Source: Ginglymostoma cirratum
Taxonomy: Eukaryota
DNA length: 64,000 bases
Assembly (NCBI GenBank): GCA_024137785.1
Contig: JAHRHZ010000095.1
Coordinates: 10,356,203 to 10,420,202 of the forward strand
Direction: 5' to 3'
A model generated the notes under the pieces. It saw only the letters and a list, made by a program, of their open reading frames with translations. It did not search any database and had not been told where the DNA came from. The first letter of the stretch is position 1, and the number at the start of each line of letters is the position of its first letter. Position numbers and translations under genes: made by a program. Positions 35,314 to 48,090 of the stretch are shown here, piece by piece.

Positions 35314-36524
35314 GTATGTAACCCAAACCTAATTAGTGTCACTGTAGGAAGCCTTTTATGTGGGCCTATCAGTCTGCCTTTTAGTGCAATTGTTCCTGAA
35401 TACTATCTTAAGCATCTGCCCTGGATGTATAATCGTTCAAAGTAGTAAAACTCTGCCAATAATGCACAATCCGGTGCCTGGATTATTCATTGGTAGGAAT
35501 GCTACTTGCCCTGTTAAAGTAATCATTTATTTCCTTACTGTTAGTAGGAATTTGCTGTGCACAAATTTGACTGCATTCCCTGCATTGCCCTCATTGTGTA
35601 CCCTATTAAAAAAGTTTAATGGGTTGTAAAGCGCTTTGGTCTCGTGAAGTGCTATATAAATGCAAGTTTTTTTTTTAATGTTTCCGTTTACAACAGAATG
35701 TACTAGGTATCTCCTATATGATGCGGTTTATTACCCCATTAATATTTGTCTCTGACGGTTCTTGATGTGTTACATTTATAGCTTGGTCAAACAGGAACTG
35801 TACACAAACGTAGCAGCCATTAAGCATAACAAGTTCTTCAAAAAATAGCAAAAAATGTGATGAATGACTTTTCAATTGTTTCTGGTGAATTTGGTTGAGG
35901 TATGCACTTTAATGAGACTGAGGAAAACTCCCCTATCCCGTTATTGTGCTCTTTGTGACCTTTTGTCCCCAGTTGAAAGGATAGACCAAAGGATGATGCT
36001 TCTGACCTGGCAGCAATGCCTCAGTACTGCAGTGGAGTGCCAATCCTGATCACGTGATGATGTAATCTGAAATCGGAGGGAGATAGCTTCTCTCTTACAC
36101 AGTCTGAGCATGGCAGATATAGAGAAGGGAAGCTCCAGCATAGGCAAGTATAATAAATAAAACTGTAGGTTCAGGGAGAGGAAGATGCTGAAGCCGAACT
36201 TTACCAATTTGATCAAATCCTGGAATGGCTTTCTCCATGATTGAAGGCTGGAGGGAAGACTATCTGCCTTCAGGAAATAATTAAATACAAATGTTACCTG
36301 GTCTGTGAGAAAATGGTATGGATAAGTTATCTAGAACAGGTGTGCTATCATTTTGGGCATCCTTGAGGTGTTTGAGCATTTGTAAAATCTATATTTGCTC
36401 CTATCTTAAGTGAGTGTTTAATTAATTTGTGAAGGAAGGTGCCTGGGGTCACAGTCTAATAAATGCTTTCCCACTTTTGGAAAGCCAAGGATCAGACAAA
36501 TAAGCCAATGTAGGGTTCTCTTGT

Positions 36525-36860
36525 TCAATTTCACCTTCCTCCCTGCTATAGGAAAGATGTTGTTAAACTTGAAAGGGTCCGGTAAAGATTTTTAACAGAT
36601 GTTGCCAAGGTTGGAGGGTTTGAGCTATAGGGAAAGGCTCAGTAGGCTGGGGCTATTTCCCCTGGGGTGTTGGAGATTGCCAGTGGAGGTGGTATAATTA
36701 TGACATTTAAAAGGCATCTGGATGGGTACATGAATAGGAAGGGTTTAGAGGGATATGGGCCAAATGCTGACAAATGGGTCTAGATTAATTTAGGATATCT
36801 GGTTGGCATGGACAGGTTGGACTGAAGGGTCTGTTTCGGTGCAGTACAACTCTATGACTA
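36525..36860 (+). mobile_element. CR1 LINE 3' fragment with internal deletion
   Basis: tgctataggaaagatgttgttaaacttgaaaggg...ggactgaagggtctgtttcggtgcagtacaactctatgac. Confidence 0.8.
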
Positions 36861-36954
36861 TACTGGGGGTGCTCCTGTTGGATGTAGATAGCTGCAAGAT
36901 GGAAAATACTCTTGCATGTGGGAATTAAAGATAGTACGAACAATTTTTTTTTCT

Positions 36955-37510
36955 CATTAGTCATTCATGGGACAGTGGGTTTTGCTGGCATTTGTTGCTT
37001 GCCCCTAATTGCCCTTGATCTGGGTGGCTTACCATTTCAGAGGGCAGGCAATCACATTGCTAGGGGTTTCAAGTTGCATGTAGTCAGCCTGGATGGCAAA
37101 GGCAGGTATTCTTGCCCAAAGGATGTTAGCAAACCAGATAAAGCAAAGAATTGTGGATGCTGAACATCTGAAACAAGAGCAGAAGTTGCTGGAAAAGCTC
37201 AGCAGATCTGGCAGCATCTGGGGAGAAAGAAGCAGAGTTAACATTTAGAATCCAATGATCCTTTCGAAAAAGATGCTACCAGATGTGCTGAGTTTCTTCA
37301 GCAATTTCTGTTGTTGTTAGTGAACCAGATTGATTGTTGTTTTAAAAAAAAATTGTCATCATGGTCACTGTTATGGAAACTTGTTATATATTCCAATTTT
37401 ATGAATAGATTTTAAATTCCACTGGTGTTTGTGATGGGATTTGAACCCATTTCCTCAGAGCATTAACTTCAGCCTCTGCATTAGTAGTCCAGTGATTTTA
37501 ACACTACACC
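36955..37510 (-). mobile_element. tRNA-derived SINE interrupted by an inverted Penelope-like repeat pair (37140-37314)
   Basis: SINE halves match 45405-45761; the insert is flanked by a 16 bp TSD. Confidence 0.7.
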
Positions 37511-37862
37511 ACCAAGAGACAGCTCAATCATAATTCCGTTCTTTTTCCCCCTATTCCTTCGGAGCTAGACCTGGCTGGATTATCTCATATTTTGTGTATT
37601 ATTCTGGGTCTAGCTATCTTTGATTGGACTAGTTAATGGTTCACTGTCGAGCTGCCACTATGGCTATATCCTGTTAAAATCAACCAGAAATGTTCACATA
37701 GTCAATTTTTCTTATATAATCAAAATCAGGATGTAACAAAATAGATCTGTGCCATGTATGCTAAAATTAGAACATTCCTTGTGCTAAGTTGACCCATGTT
37801 TGTCACTGAATACATTGAAGTGGTCACTGCATGTGCTCATGAGTTAACTTGTTCATTCACAG

Positions 37863-37971
37863 AATGCTCCAGTCTGTCAAAGATCTGCAGAAAAATTCAA
37901 AGAAATCAGAGCAGTTGGAGATTTCAGCCTTTCAGTTGCTCTTCCTGCTCGTGGGCATTCATCTCTTCAAG
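37863..37971 (+). CDS. MYBBP1A: MYBBP1A exon (~13), MLQSVKDLQK...AFQLLFLLVGIHLFK
   Basis: ttcacag| acceptor, |gtactt donor, 109 nt, phase 2-0. Confidence 0.93.
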
Positions 37972-39754
37972 GTACTTGGTCACTCTCAATATCCCATAGG
38001 TTTCTTTAATGCAATATGAACCTTTCAGCCATATTACATCAGCCCAGTGTCTGGGAAGCAGGGACTGGTAAAACAGTGCAATTTAAATGCAAGCATCTTA
38101 ATAGATTTGGTATCTTTTAAGAGCAGTATAATGTACAGTATCTGGAAAAATTTCTCATCCTGATGAGTTCAAATCATCTTTTGTCTGAAGTCTGCAGAAA
38201 GTGATGAACCACATGGTCTTCTGTTAACTTCCTTCCTTTCCTGAAAGCATCAAACCAATGTGGACAGCAGGAGGTCAGCTCTGCCACTCTCCCCTGGTAC
38301 CACCCACCAGGAGTCATTCTTCACAGAACTACTTTGTGCTTCAGATATGAGGGCCACTGGCAAGGCTGGTATTTATTATTCATCTCTAAATTAGCCTGAG
38401 GGGAGACAGGTCCACCCTTTGGGACTAACTGACTAGCTAGGCCACTTGCTGGTTGATCGCATTCATGTCGACAAGGATAGCAAGTTTCCTTCCTTATAAA
38501 TAGATTGGCAAACTCCATAGAGGCAAAGTTAGAATCTTGAGTACCTGCAAAAGATTGGCAAGCAGTGCAATTTTATCTTGTTATGTATTATGTTAAACCA
38601 GACAGTTCATTGATTGTCAAGTGGCAGCCATCTCATTTGCTGGGTTTAAGGTGATTAGTCTGCCACTTGGTCTTTTGATAAGGAAACAGTAGATCAGCAT
38701 TCATGCACAGCTTCTGTTAGTACCCCAGCACCCTTGGGGACATAGTTCATTCTACAATTGGCTGAATTCCAACTGAGTCTCCATGCAGGTTCTCAATCCA
38801 CCCCACGCTAGAGACACCAGTCTTGTCATTGAGCAACCCTCCGTCTGGCTTTATGAAAGCGCATTCTCAAAATCTTCCAATTTTCTGGCTGATGGGCCTC
38901 AACATTAAGTTAAACTTCATTGCTACTAAGGGTGGCATTAGGAGATGAGAAGAAGGGAATTGAAACCTATTACTCCCTTTGCAGCTTGATTTTGTAGCCA
39001 ACAGCTATAAATGATCCTGTGACAAACACACATACTTTGAAATGATGTGTAGAATGAGTGAATGTATTGTTCCAGTGTATCGAGGAGTCTCTTCAGCAAT
39101 AGTATCTCACATTTATATTGTTAGCCTGCTAAATGTTTCACTAGTTTCCTGCCACAGAAGCTCCACTGCCGCCATCTGGGATTGAGCTAACTGTTACGCT
39201 GTTGACTGGTAAATGTGTTGAGAATCCCAAATTACCAGGAATATTCCAGGTGGCAGGTACATTTTCATCAAATCTAGATATTGTCTGATCCAGAACACCT
39301 TTTCTTGGCATTTGTCATTATTTTTGTTACCCCTCTCCACTCCCTGCCATGTACAAAAAAAGCTGAACCGTACAGCTTGCCCTTCATCATGGATGGCCAC
39401 ATGCTGCAGTTGAAACATTCAACAGGGAACCACATCGATTCCTGTTCTTTTAGTGAGTGGCTTTAAAGCACTATTGAAGGTGAGGCATGATCTCTTTGGA
39501 TTGTGAAAGAAATCCCAAGCAGGAATTTTGTAATTGTAGCTTTTTTGTTCCAGGGCCTATGCTCATTGATCTCATCACTGAATGTTTGCTCTGCATCTGT
39601 TGAATTTAAAGATGTGTAGGCAACTTTAACAAACCCCGCAGGAAGGGCAACCATTAAGAAAATTGTGGCAAATCTCAAGTGTTGAGAGTAAATGTAGCAC
39701 CTTGCCAATACTGTTTTCCCAAGCTATCTTGAGCTCTTCTGTCTTTCTGTTTAG

Positions 39755-39851
39755 AATGGTGACGATTCTGTGGCACTATTGAGTGACCTACACACATGTC
39801 TGCAGAAAGCATTGGTGAAGAAAAGGAAAAGGCAGTCCAAATCCGCAATGG
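39755..39851 (+). CDS. MYBBP1A: MYBBP1A exon (~14), NGDDSVALLSDLHTCLQKALVKKRKRQSKSAM
   Basis: ctgtttag| acceptor, G|gtcagt donor, 97 nt, phase 0-1; basic KKRKR patch. Confidence 0.9.
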
Positions 39852-41495
39852 GTCAGTACCACCCCCTTCAACGTAGGTTGTGTGTGTGTTTCCTTATTGC
39901 AATCCTCCAACATTCTGAAGACGGTACAAAAAGGTTATGTGTGGCCCAACTGTGTATCAGCAGGGTGAAACCCAATGCCTCTCAGCAATTTCAAAGGGTG
40001 CAAATGTGGAAATCATTGCCTTGTGGAATGTTTTGAAATGGATAACTTTGGTATTTTAAATAGGAGCCTTGAGGCAGAAGTGAAGGAGGGTGGAATTGAG
40101 AGAGAATGATGCTGGATGGGAATGGGCTTGTATGGGGTATATGCACCAACAAACTGTTTGAAAGGTCTTTTTCAGTGCTGCTAATTTCCTAATTCCAGAA
40201 CAGAGCAGAATTCCCTTGCCTGTATCATATCTATTAACCATCATTTGCTGCCAGAGTATATTTAGAGGATTCCATTGAACGTGTTAAAGGGGATTTTCAC
40301 CCTAATTTGCTCTAAATAAGACTTCTATAATGTGTAGAGACCAATGGTGCCTATGTGCTTGGTCGTAAAATTGTGGCTTTGAAACTGAAGCCCATTCCTG
40401 TTCAACACCGAGTTTTTGTTACTTCTGAGATACTTTTTATGGATATGTTCTTAAACGCAACACAAGAGCTATCTTTAAACACAGGTCTGCTCTTGTCTAA
40501 AATGGTCTGGGCCTTGTAGGTTCTTTATCTTAGTATAAAGCTTTGGGAGGAAAGCTGAATGCAAAAATGTACTGTAGAAGTATAATCTGTTTAAAGTACT
40601 CCCAACCTCAGTAAAGAATATTACCGGAAGTGTTCAGTGCCTTGATCTTGTACCTCCATTCATTTGAATCCAGGCCAACTTGTACCTTCACTTTATGTCT
40701 CATGATAACCTTACCCAATTTAGCAATCTCCGTTTTGAAATTTTCACTTGATCTCTACCCTCAGCAGCTTTTAATGGAGAAGGGTTTCAGATTTCCATGA
40801 CCCTTTATGTGAAGACACTCACTCAGGTCATCACCCCTGAATGACCTCACTTGAATTTTTAGGTTATGCCCTAATCTGGACACTCACCAGAAGGCACAGT
40901 ACTTTTTTAAATCTATCTTAACTTGAAAACCTTGGGTCACTCTAAATCTAATATATTCAAGGGACTGCAAGTCTCATTATGCAATATGTCCTCATAATTT
41001 ATCCCTTTTGATCCCCAGCAAAGTTCTGCTGAACTTGCATTTCACCCACTCCAAAGCCAGAATATCCTACCCAAGGCGTGGTGCACAGATATAATGTAGT
41101 ACTGAGCATTTTAACTGACAGATTTTCAATTTAAGAAGTCCTTCGTTCCTTACTCTGATTGCTTCTTGGGGATGAAGAGGGTTTGATGAATCTACTAGTG
41201 ACCCTGTGGTTCAGGGGGAACCAGAATTTCAGGGAGTTCTAGCAGCCTGGCCAGTCAGGATAACCAGGTCACTGGCTGAAAACAGTAGAGAGGAGGTGAG
41301 GGGCTTCTTGGGCAGAGCCCCCAATCCATCAGTTGTTGGTGTGACAGATGTTTAAGGACAAATTCAGTGTTCATGGGAAATGCAACCACGTTACAGATGC
41401 CTCCTGTGTAATTGGGAATGCTTGATAGCTAAGTTTCTGTATCAAACAAGAACAAGGTATCTTAATTTTCTCAAGCTGTCTCTTGTCATTTTCAG

Positions 41496-41647
41496 ACCAG
41501 GAAGAACCGGAGTGGGTGGAGGTTGTGGTTGAAATCTTGCTGTCTTTTCTCTCCCAACCAAGTCGTTTGATGCGGCAGGTCTCAAAAACTGTGTTTGTGC
41601 GGATTTGTCCTCGCATCACCAAGGCAGCCTTGCAACTCATCCTGGAT
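41496..41647 (+). CDS. MYBBP1A: MYBBP1A exon (~15), QEEPEWVEVVVEILLSFLSQPSRLMRQV...LQLILD
   Basis: ttttcag| acceptor, |gtaagt donor, 152 nt, phase 1-0. Confidence 0.95.
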
Positions 41648-42539
41648 GTAAGTAACATTGTAGAATCCAGTGTTTACACCCTTACAATTGTTTAACTCGG
41701 TTTTTCTCTCTTTCTCTCCTTCTTTTTCCTTCTTTCTTTGTTCTTGTCCTACTTCAGAAACGTTCTGGTGTAGTACTGACAGAGTGCTATCTTTCAGACA
41801 GGATGGTTGGGTCCGTCTGGCGGGGTCCTGGGCTGACAGCTGGGTCAGTCTGTCTGGTATCTCAGGCTGAAAGCCAGGTTGTTCATTTGGTGGTGTCCTG
41901 CTCATGGCGGTAGTTTGCACAGTGGCATTGGATTCACTTCCTTTTTTGTGATGATTGTTACAAACTAGAGGAGATGTTTGACAGCCAACACATCCATCAG
42001 AAATAAAACGGCAGTTCAAATGTTCTTCCTACCAAAATAAAATGGCCAGACTGCTGTGAATGAGGTACTCAATGGATGCAGTAAGTGGTCTGAATCAGCA
42101 TAGGTCATACAGGTACAGAGTTGGATGACATCTGGCCCTTTGCTTCCATGCCAGGTCATCCAGTTGGTCCCACTTCCCTGCTCTGTCCTTGTTGCCCTGA
42201 TAGTATATTTCTCTCAAGTGTATTTCCAATATCCTTTTGAAATCATTGATCACCTCCACTTCCACCCATCTCGAAGGCTGCAAATTTCACATTAAATGTT
42301 CCACCTCTCATCCCTTCGGTATCCCCCATGTGCCAACCATTGCCCGGTTTCAGCAACTTTTTAATCCAATTCTTGTAATATCCCCAGATGTTAGCAGCAA
42401 TCTAAGCTGACACCAGCATTGGGGTGATTGTGTATAGGATTGAGTGGTGTTGGCATTACCTACTACTGACTGTTTGAGGCTAAAGGCTTGCTCCCTGAAA
42501 TGTCCAGAATTAGCTCTAAAATCAGCTCCCCTTAAACAG

Positions 42540-42638
42540 GTCCTCAAACCGGAATCTGAAAGTGGTGAAGAGAGCACCCTGATGGTGACTGAAGAGCCTG
42601 AGGAAACAAAGAAGGTCAAGCAGTCGTCTGGAGATGAG
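42540..42638 (+). CDS. MYBBP1A: MYBBP1A exon (~16), VLKPESESGEESTLMVTEEPEETKKVKQSSGDE
   Basis: ttaaacag| acceptor; donor GAG|gttaga (an alternative in-frame donor exists after 42614); phase 0-0. Confidence 0.82.
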
Positions 42639-42964
42639 GTTAGATTTTCATTCAAAACTGTAGCTGAAGTGTAACTCGGTGTTTTAGAAACTGCAACCTG
42701 GGCTGTATATTTATGTTTTGACATCCAGTTTTTATGAAAAGGCATCAAGTCCCCTCTATTTTTTTGTTGACTCTTGTTTTTAAGGTTGCTTTTTAATCTC
42801 AATGCCAGATTGACCTCTTTCACAGCTGTTGCCTGCCCCTTGGGGAGAATCATCTTTAGCAGATGGACAGAATGCACAGCGTTCAGTTCTAATGCTTCCT
42901 GATAATGTGCAGGTGTTCCGGCAGCAATTGCTGTGACCAGAATGACGCACTGCTGACTCTGTGA

Positions 42965-43660
42965 GATCCCCCTTAAATAATCCAGTACAATACACAATAA
43001 TCCAGCTGAGATCTAACAAGGGACTTGTACACTTTGAGCATAATCCTTTGCTCTTGTACTGTAGGTCTCTGTTAATAACTAATATATTGGTAATGTTCAG
43101 AATACTGTATGCTTTATTAACTACTCTCTCCACCTGTCGTGCCACCTTCAATGATCTGTCCATATATGCATCCAAGATGCACTGCTGCTGTACCCCTTTT
43201 CTTATAATGTTTGTCCATGTTCTTCCTACCAAAATGCATTACCTTACATTTCTCTGAATTGGACTTGATCTGCTACCTTACTGCTCATTCACTCACCTGT
43301 CTGCGTTATTTTGAAGATCTGTATAGTCCCCCTCACAGTTTAAAATTCTTCCTTAAGCATTGGATCTTCCACAAACTTTGAAATTGTCCTAGGCCTCCAT
43401 CATTAATGTAGATCAGGAGAAACAAAGGTCCCTTACTGACCCCTGGGGATCCCCACCAAAAACCTTCTTCCTACCTGAAAAGTATCCACTGACTCGTACT
43501 CTGTTTCCTGTCACTCGGCCAACATTGGACTGATGTTGTACAACTTTCCTCATAAGTCTGTTGTGTGGCTTTCTGAAAGTCCATGTCCACCACATCAACA
43601 TGCTTTCTGTAAGAAAAAAAAAGCTTCCAAGTTAGTTAAAACACAGCTTCTCCTTTCAAA
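42965..43660 (-). mobile_element. CR1 LINE RT fragment (degenerate)
   Basis: Remnant peptides DPQGSV, DRSLKVARQVERVVNKAYSIL. Confidence 0.75.
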
Positions 43661-44534
43661 ACCCATGATGGCTCTCTCCCATTAGGTTCTAAATGGCCTG
43701 TGTCTAGGCTGTTCAGCCTTGTAAGAATTTTGTATGCTTGAATGAGATCGCCTCTCAACTCTAGAGTGTACAGGTCCAATTTCCTCACAGGACAGTGCCA
43801 ACATCCCAGGAATCAGTCTGGTGGAATTTTCATGCACTCCTTCAATAGAATAAAAATTATTAACAGATAAGCAATTAATTAAAAATATAGTCTTTTTCAA
43901 TTTCTTCTCAATATGTAGACATCTATGCGATCCCTGGTAATTGTGACTTATTGAATATGTCACCCAAGTGCTCACTCTTTCTATATCAGCAAACTATTCA
44001 ATTGTCAGAAGCAACACACCAAAGCTTATTCCTCTACTACTCTGCCATTCACACCATGCCATCTCTAGAAGTGGGAGCCCTGAGTGACCAATTTTATTGT
44101 CCCTGTGTCTGCTGCCATTGTCTTTTACTCCTATTTCACCCCTATTTCTTAACACAGTACGGAACTGGAGCTTAACATGGGCGATGGCTCTGTACAATTC
44201 AAATACTCAAGACCACTGGCTAAAGTTTGGAACTCACTCAGAAGCACTGGGGACCTTCTCTGGCCTGTTCATTTATCGTGACATCTTAAATATTTGCATG
44301 TGTTGTCTCCTATCCCACAAGGTGCCTTATAATCTCCTGGGTGAGCTGAAATGAAATTTCTCTCTTTTTTTCAGAGAATGTAGTATTACATTATTATAGC
44401 AAGTAATACTACTGACCAAAGGTGCATCATGGCCACATTTGAAGAGATTCTGGCCCCTTGTGTGTGCTTTACATCTTCATTTATTTTCACGTCTCTTGAT
44501 GCTTGTAATGATTTATAGTGTATATGTATTCTAG

Positions 44535-44708
44535 ATGGAAGCTGAGAGTGACAGCGATGAATCTGAGGGGGGTGGTGATGATGCTGATGATGACGATGAC
44601 GACGACGACGACGACGATGATAGTGAGGAGGAAATTGCTGAGGACGAGGCTGTAGATGACAGCTTTCGCATGGAATTGATGAAGGTTCTGCAGGCAGGCC
44701 GTGCAGCT
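44535..44708 (+). CDS. MYBBP1A: MYBBP1A exon (~17), acidic region MEAESDSDESE...VDDSFRMELMKVLQAGRAA
   Basis: attctag| acceptor, |gtaagt donor, 174 nt; matches the VDQGFREQLM.VLQAG region. Confidence 0.88.
44577..44621 (+). repeat. Coding GAT/GAC trinucleotide repeat (DDA + D12)
   Basis: gatgatgctgatgatgacgatgacgacgacgacgacgacgatgat. Confidence 0.9.
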
Positions 44709-45012
44709 GTAAGTTTTTTTGATCTTGGCACAACCTTTATAAGGTCACGCCTCAGCCTCCAACGGTCCAGGGAAATGCCATCTTTGCATGTCGTCAATGC
44801 TTTTGTCTATCTTGCTCCATTTTAAAGTGCCGTTGTTTTGCTTTTTTTGCCCCCAAAGTTCCAAAACAATGCAACAGCTTATAAAATAGTAATTACTGCA
44901 CCTACAATTTGAGGAAGTCAGCTCCGGTACTGAAAATACCTCAAAAATTGGGCAGCCACAACTTTTTTTCCCGTCCTCCACCTTGAATTAGCCAACAGTT
45001 AAGATGTACCTC

Positions 45013-45282
45013 GGAATCCTACAGTGTGGAAGCAGGCCGCTCAGCCCATCAAGACCACACTCCCCTCTGAAGAGCATCCCACCCAGACCCATCCTACCCC
45101 CATAATTCCCATGGCTGATCCACCTAGCCTGCACATCCCTGCTCTCTTAAGCATGGCCAATCCACCTAACCTGCGCATCCTTGGACTATGGGAGGAAACC
45201 AGAGCACCCTGAGGAAACCGAGGAACTGCAGACACGGGGAAAAGGTACACACTGCACACAGGCAGTTGCCTGAGGGTGGAAT
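45013..45282 (-). mobile_element. HE1-like SINE (partial)
   Basis: Same motifs as 30478-30730 (gccaatccacctaacctg, ggactatgggaggaaaccagagcaccc). Confidence 0.75.
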
Positions 45283-45404
45283 GGTTGTACAATTTGGGAT
45301 TCCTGAGTGAACCAGTTTCAAAGATTTTAGCTAATACTTTTTAAGCCAAACCTAAACTTTCTTTAATTTTATTTTTTTAATTTTTTAATTCTTTAATTTT
45401 TTTA

Positions 45405-45761
45405 ATCCATTCATGGGATAGGGACATGGCTGGCTAGGCCAGCATTTTATTTCCCATCCCTAACTGTCCAGAGGACATGTAAGAGTCAACCACATTGCTG
45501 TGGCTCTGGAGTCACATACAGACCAAACCAGGCAAGGATGGCAGCTTTTCTTCGTTGAAGGTATGTAGTGACCCAGATGGGGTTTTTCCTGACCATGCAC
45601 AATTGATTCATGGTCATCATTAGCCTCTTAATTCTAGATTTTTTAAATTGAATTCGAATTCCACCATCTGCCATTTGGTGGGATTTGAATCTGGGTCCCC
45701 AGAACGTTACCTGAGTCTCTGGTTTAATAGTCCAGCGAAAGTACCACTAGGTCACTGCCTC
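45405..45761 (-). mobile_element. tRNA-derived SINE, near full length, with A-rich tail (45357-45405)
   Basis: Minus strand head gaggcagTGACCTAGTGG (A box) ... GATTCAAATCC (B box); tail ttagggatgggaaataaaatgctggcctagccagc. Confidence 0.75.
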
Positions 45762-47047
45762 TGCCAGTGCTCCCCCAATGTATGTGCTTTTGTCTGAGTT
45801 TTATCTTCTATTCCCCCTCGCCATTCTTTGTTTCTCCAGGAAGTTTTGGAAATGTACTATAATGTGTTTGCATATTTCAGTGCTGTCAATAGGATTTTCA
45901 TTGCTGTGCAAGACTAATACTATAGAACCTTACAATTATTAGAGGACGGAGTGCTTTTTGATCTATCATGATGATTCTTTCAAGCAATCCAAAATTAGTC
46001 TCAGTGGACCCAGAGGGCTGCCTTCTATGCTGTATGTCTCTATGACTGTGAAAAATCAATACAGGACCGTCAGTCAGGCTCGGTATGGCACACTTCACAT
46101 ACTGGAAGCTGCATGTATCAGTACAGAGGTTGCCGTTCTTTGCAGTCAGAAACAACATGTAAATAGTTTTCTGCAATTTTCTGATTTATTTCTCCAGGCA
46201 GTGCCTTGACCAATCAGAATCAATTTATCTGGTTTAAAATTTGAACAGTTTGACAGCTAACTGAGAGTCATCATCTAACTGGTGTATTCTCAATGACAAC
46301 ATGACTACCAAGCAGAGTTCACTTGTTCTTCTCCTCTTGTACTGTATGAAAGTTATTTTCCATTTATATTAGCATTTCTTGTGAATTGTTCTGATGAATG
46401 CAAGAAAAAAAACCTTGAACAACTTTTTTTCTTCAGTGGTACTCAAAAGAAATGCCAGTTGACAGTAGTATGGATTTTGGCTTTCCAAGCTGGGATTGTG
46501 TCTGGTGGGTGTTTTTTTTGAGCTGTGCAGACCAGAATAGTTGTAGATCAACCAAAATATACAGCACTAAATCTCGTATCTATATTTTAAAAATAATTAG
46601 TCTATTTTGACCTAGGGATGGGTCTGTGTAAACTGCTTTCTTTCTGCTAACTCACCTCACTGAGCTGTGAATGAACCTAAATAATACATGTCTGTTCTGT
46701 GAACGTTTTAAAGTTCCACCAAAATTGTCACTGTAGTAGTCATACTAGACAGGCTAATGAGGCTAAAGGCAAACATGACCCCTGGCCCTGCTGACTTGCA
46801 TCCTAGAATCCTAAAAGAGGTAGCTTCAGAGATAGTGGGTGTATTGGCTGCAAATTTCCAAGAGGATGAATCACAAGTCAGACTTAGGGTGTATTGCAAT
46901 ATAGGTGCTCTGAGAGTGGTTCTGACCTTCAGTGATCGAAGCTGGGTGCTTCATATTTTAGCACTGAAAGCTTAAAAAAAAAATGCGTTTCCACAAATCT
47001 GTATCTCATGTCATTAATCATGAACTGGGTGCATTTGAAAGAAAGAA

Positions 47048-47236
47048 AGATGTGCAGGTTAGGTGGATTGGCCATGCTAGATTGCCCAAAGTTTCCAAGC
47101 CTGTGTAGGCTGGGTGAATCAACCATGGGAAATGCAGGCTTACAGGGATAAGGTGGATGTGGGTGGGATGCTCGTCAGAGGGTCGGTGTGGACTCGGTGG
47201 GCCAAATGGCCTGTTTCCACATTGTAGGGATTCTAT
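47048..47236 (+). mobile_element. HE1-like SINE 3' half
   Basis: agatgtgcaggttaggtggattggccatgcta...ggcctgtttccacattgtagggattctatga. Confidence 0.75.
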
Positions 47237-47819
47237 GAGAGAGAATTTGCATAGATATATAGCACTTTCAATTCCTAATAATGTGCTAAAATGGAGTATA
47301 ATCAATGAAATATTTATTGAAATCTAGTCACTGTTGCTTTGTAACAATAATAGGTGCACAGGATGGTCTCTGAATTACCATGTGATTATGATAAAGGGTA
47401 AACTACATGCCACGATGCCTGGAAAAGCTGTTTCGTTCTGCTTGAAACAGTGCCATGGGGATCTTTTGCTGTCATCTAAGAGGACCAATGAGGCCTCGGT
47501 TATTAGCACATCAGAAGGGCAGCACTGCTGCAGCATATCGGCCTGGGGTTTGTGCTCACAATCTTACGACTTGGGTGTGTTTGCAGTGAGTTAAGCTGAC
47601 ACGGGGCTACAGTCGGTGATAATGCAAGGTGTAATTTCTACATTGGTTTATCTGAGTGCTGCTGTAACATCTTGACTTGGTGAAAGGACAAAGATATATT
47701 TCCATCACTGGGTCAAAATCCTGGAATACCCTCCCTAAGGGCATTGTGGATCAACCTAGAGCACATGGACTGTATGGTTCAAGAAGTAAGCTCACCACCA
47801 CCTTCTCAGGGGCAATTGA

Positions 47820-48090
47820 TAGACAGAATGTACAAAAACTTAAACACACGTACCAGCAGGATCAAGCACAGCTTCTTCCCGACTGTTATTAGGCTTCTAA
47901 ATGGACCTCTCAAAATTTCAAATCTAATGTTGACCTTGCTTTTTGTGCACCTTCTCTGCAGCCATAACTTTACATTCCTCGCTCTGTTCAATCACCCTAT
48001 GACCTTTGTGTGTTGTTATCTGCCTATCCTGCACAGAAACAAAACTGTTCACTGCACTTGTGTAATGTGACAATAATAAATCAAATCAAA
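47820..48090 (+). mobile_element. Rex1/Babar-type 3' end nested in a LINE tail
   Basis: Peptide LNTRTSRIKHSFFPTVIRLLN; ends caataataaatcaaatcaaa. Confidence 0.75.

Noticed and set aside
35857-36107. Two further C-box/D-box pairs
   Set aside because: Lie within a decayed SINE-like repeat and lack terminal stems
42350-42997. 215-aa minus-strand ORF
   Set aside because: Antisense shadow across exon 16 and intronic sequence; no homology signal
44355-44383. Strong pyrimidine tract plus CAG as an extra exon start
   Set aside because: Phase-0 reading gives AGA ATG TAG (immediate stop); the 44535 acceptor explains the protein
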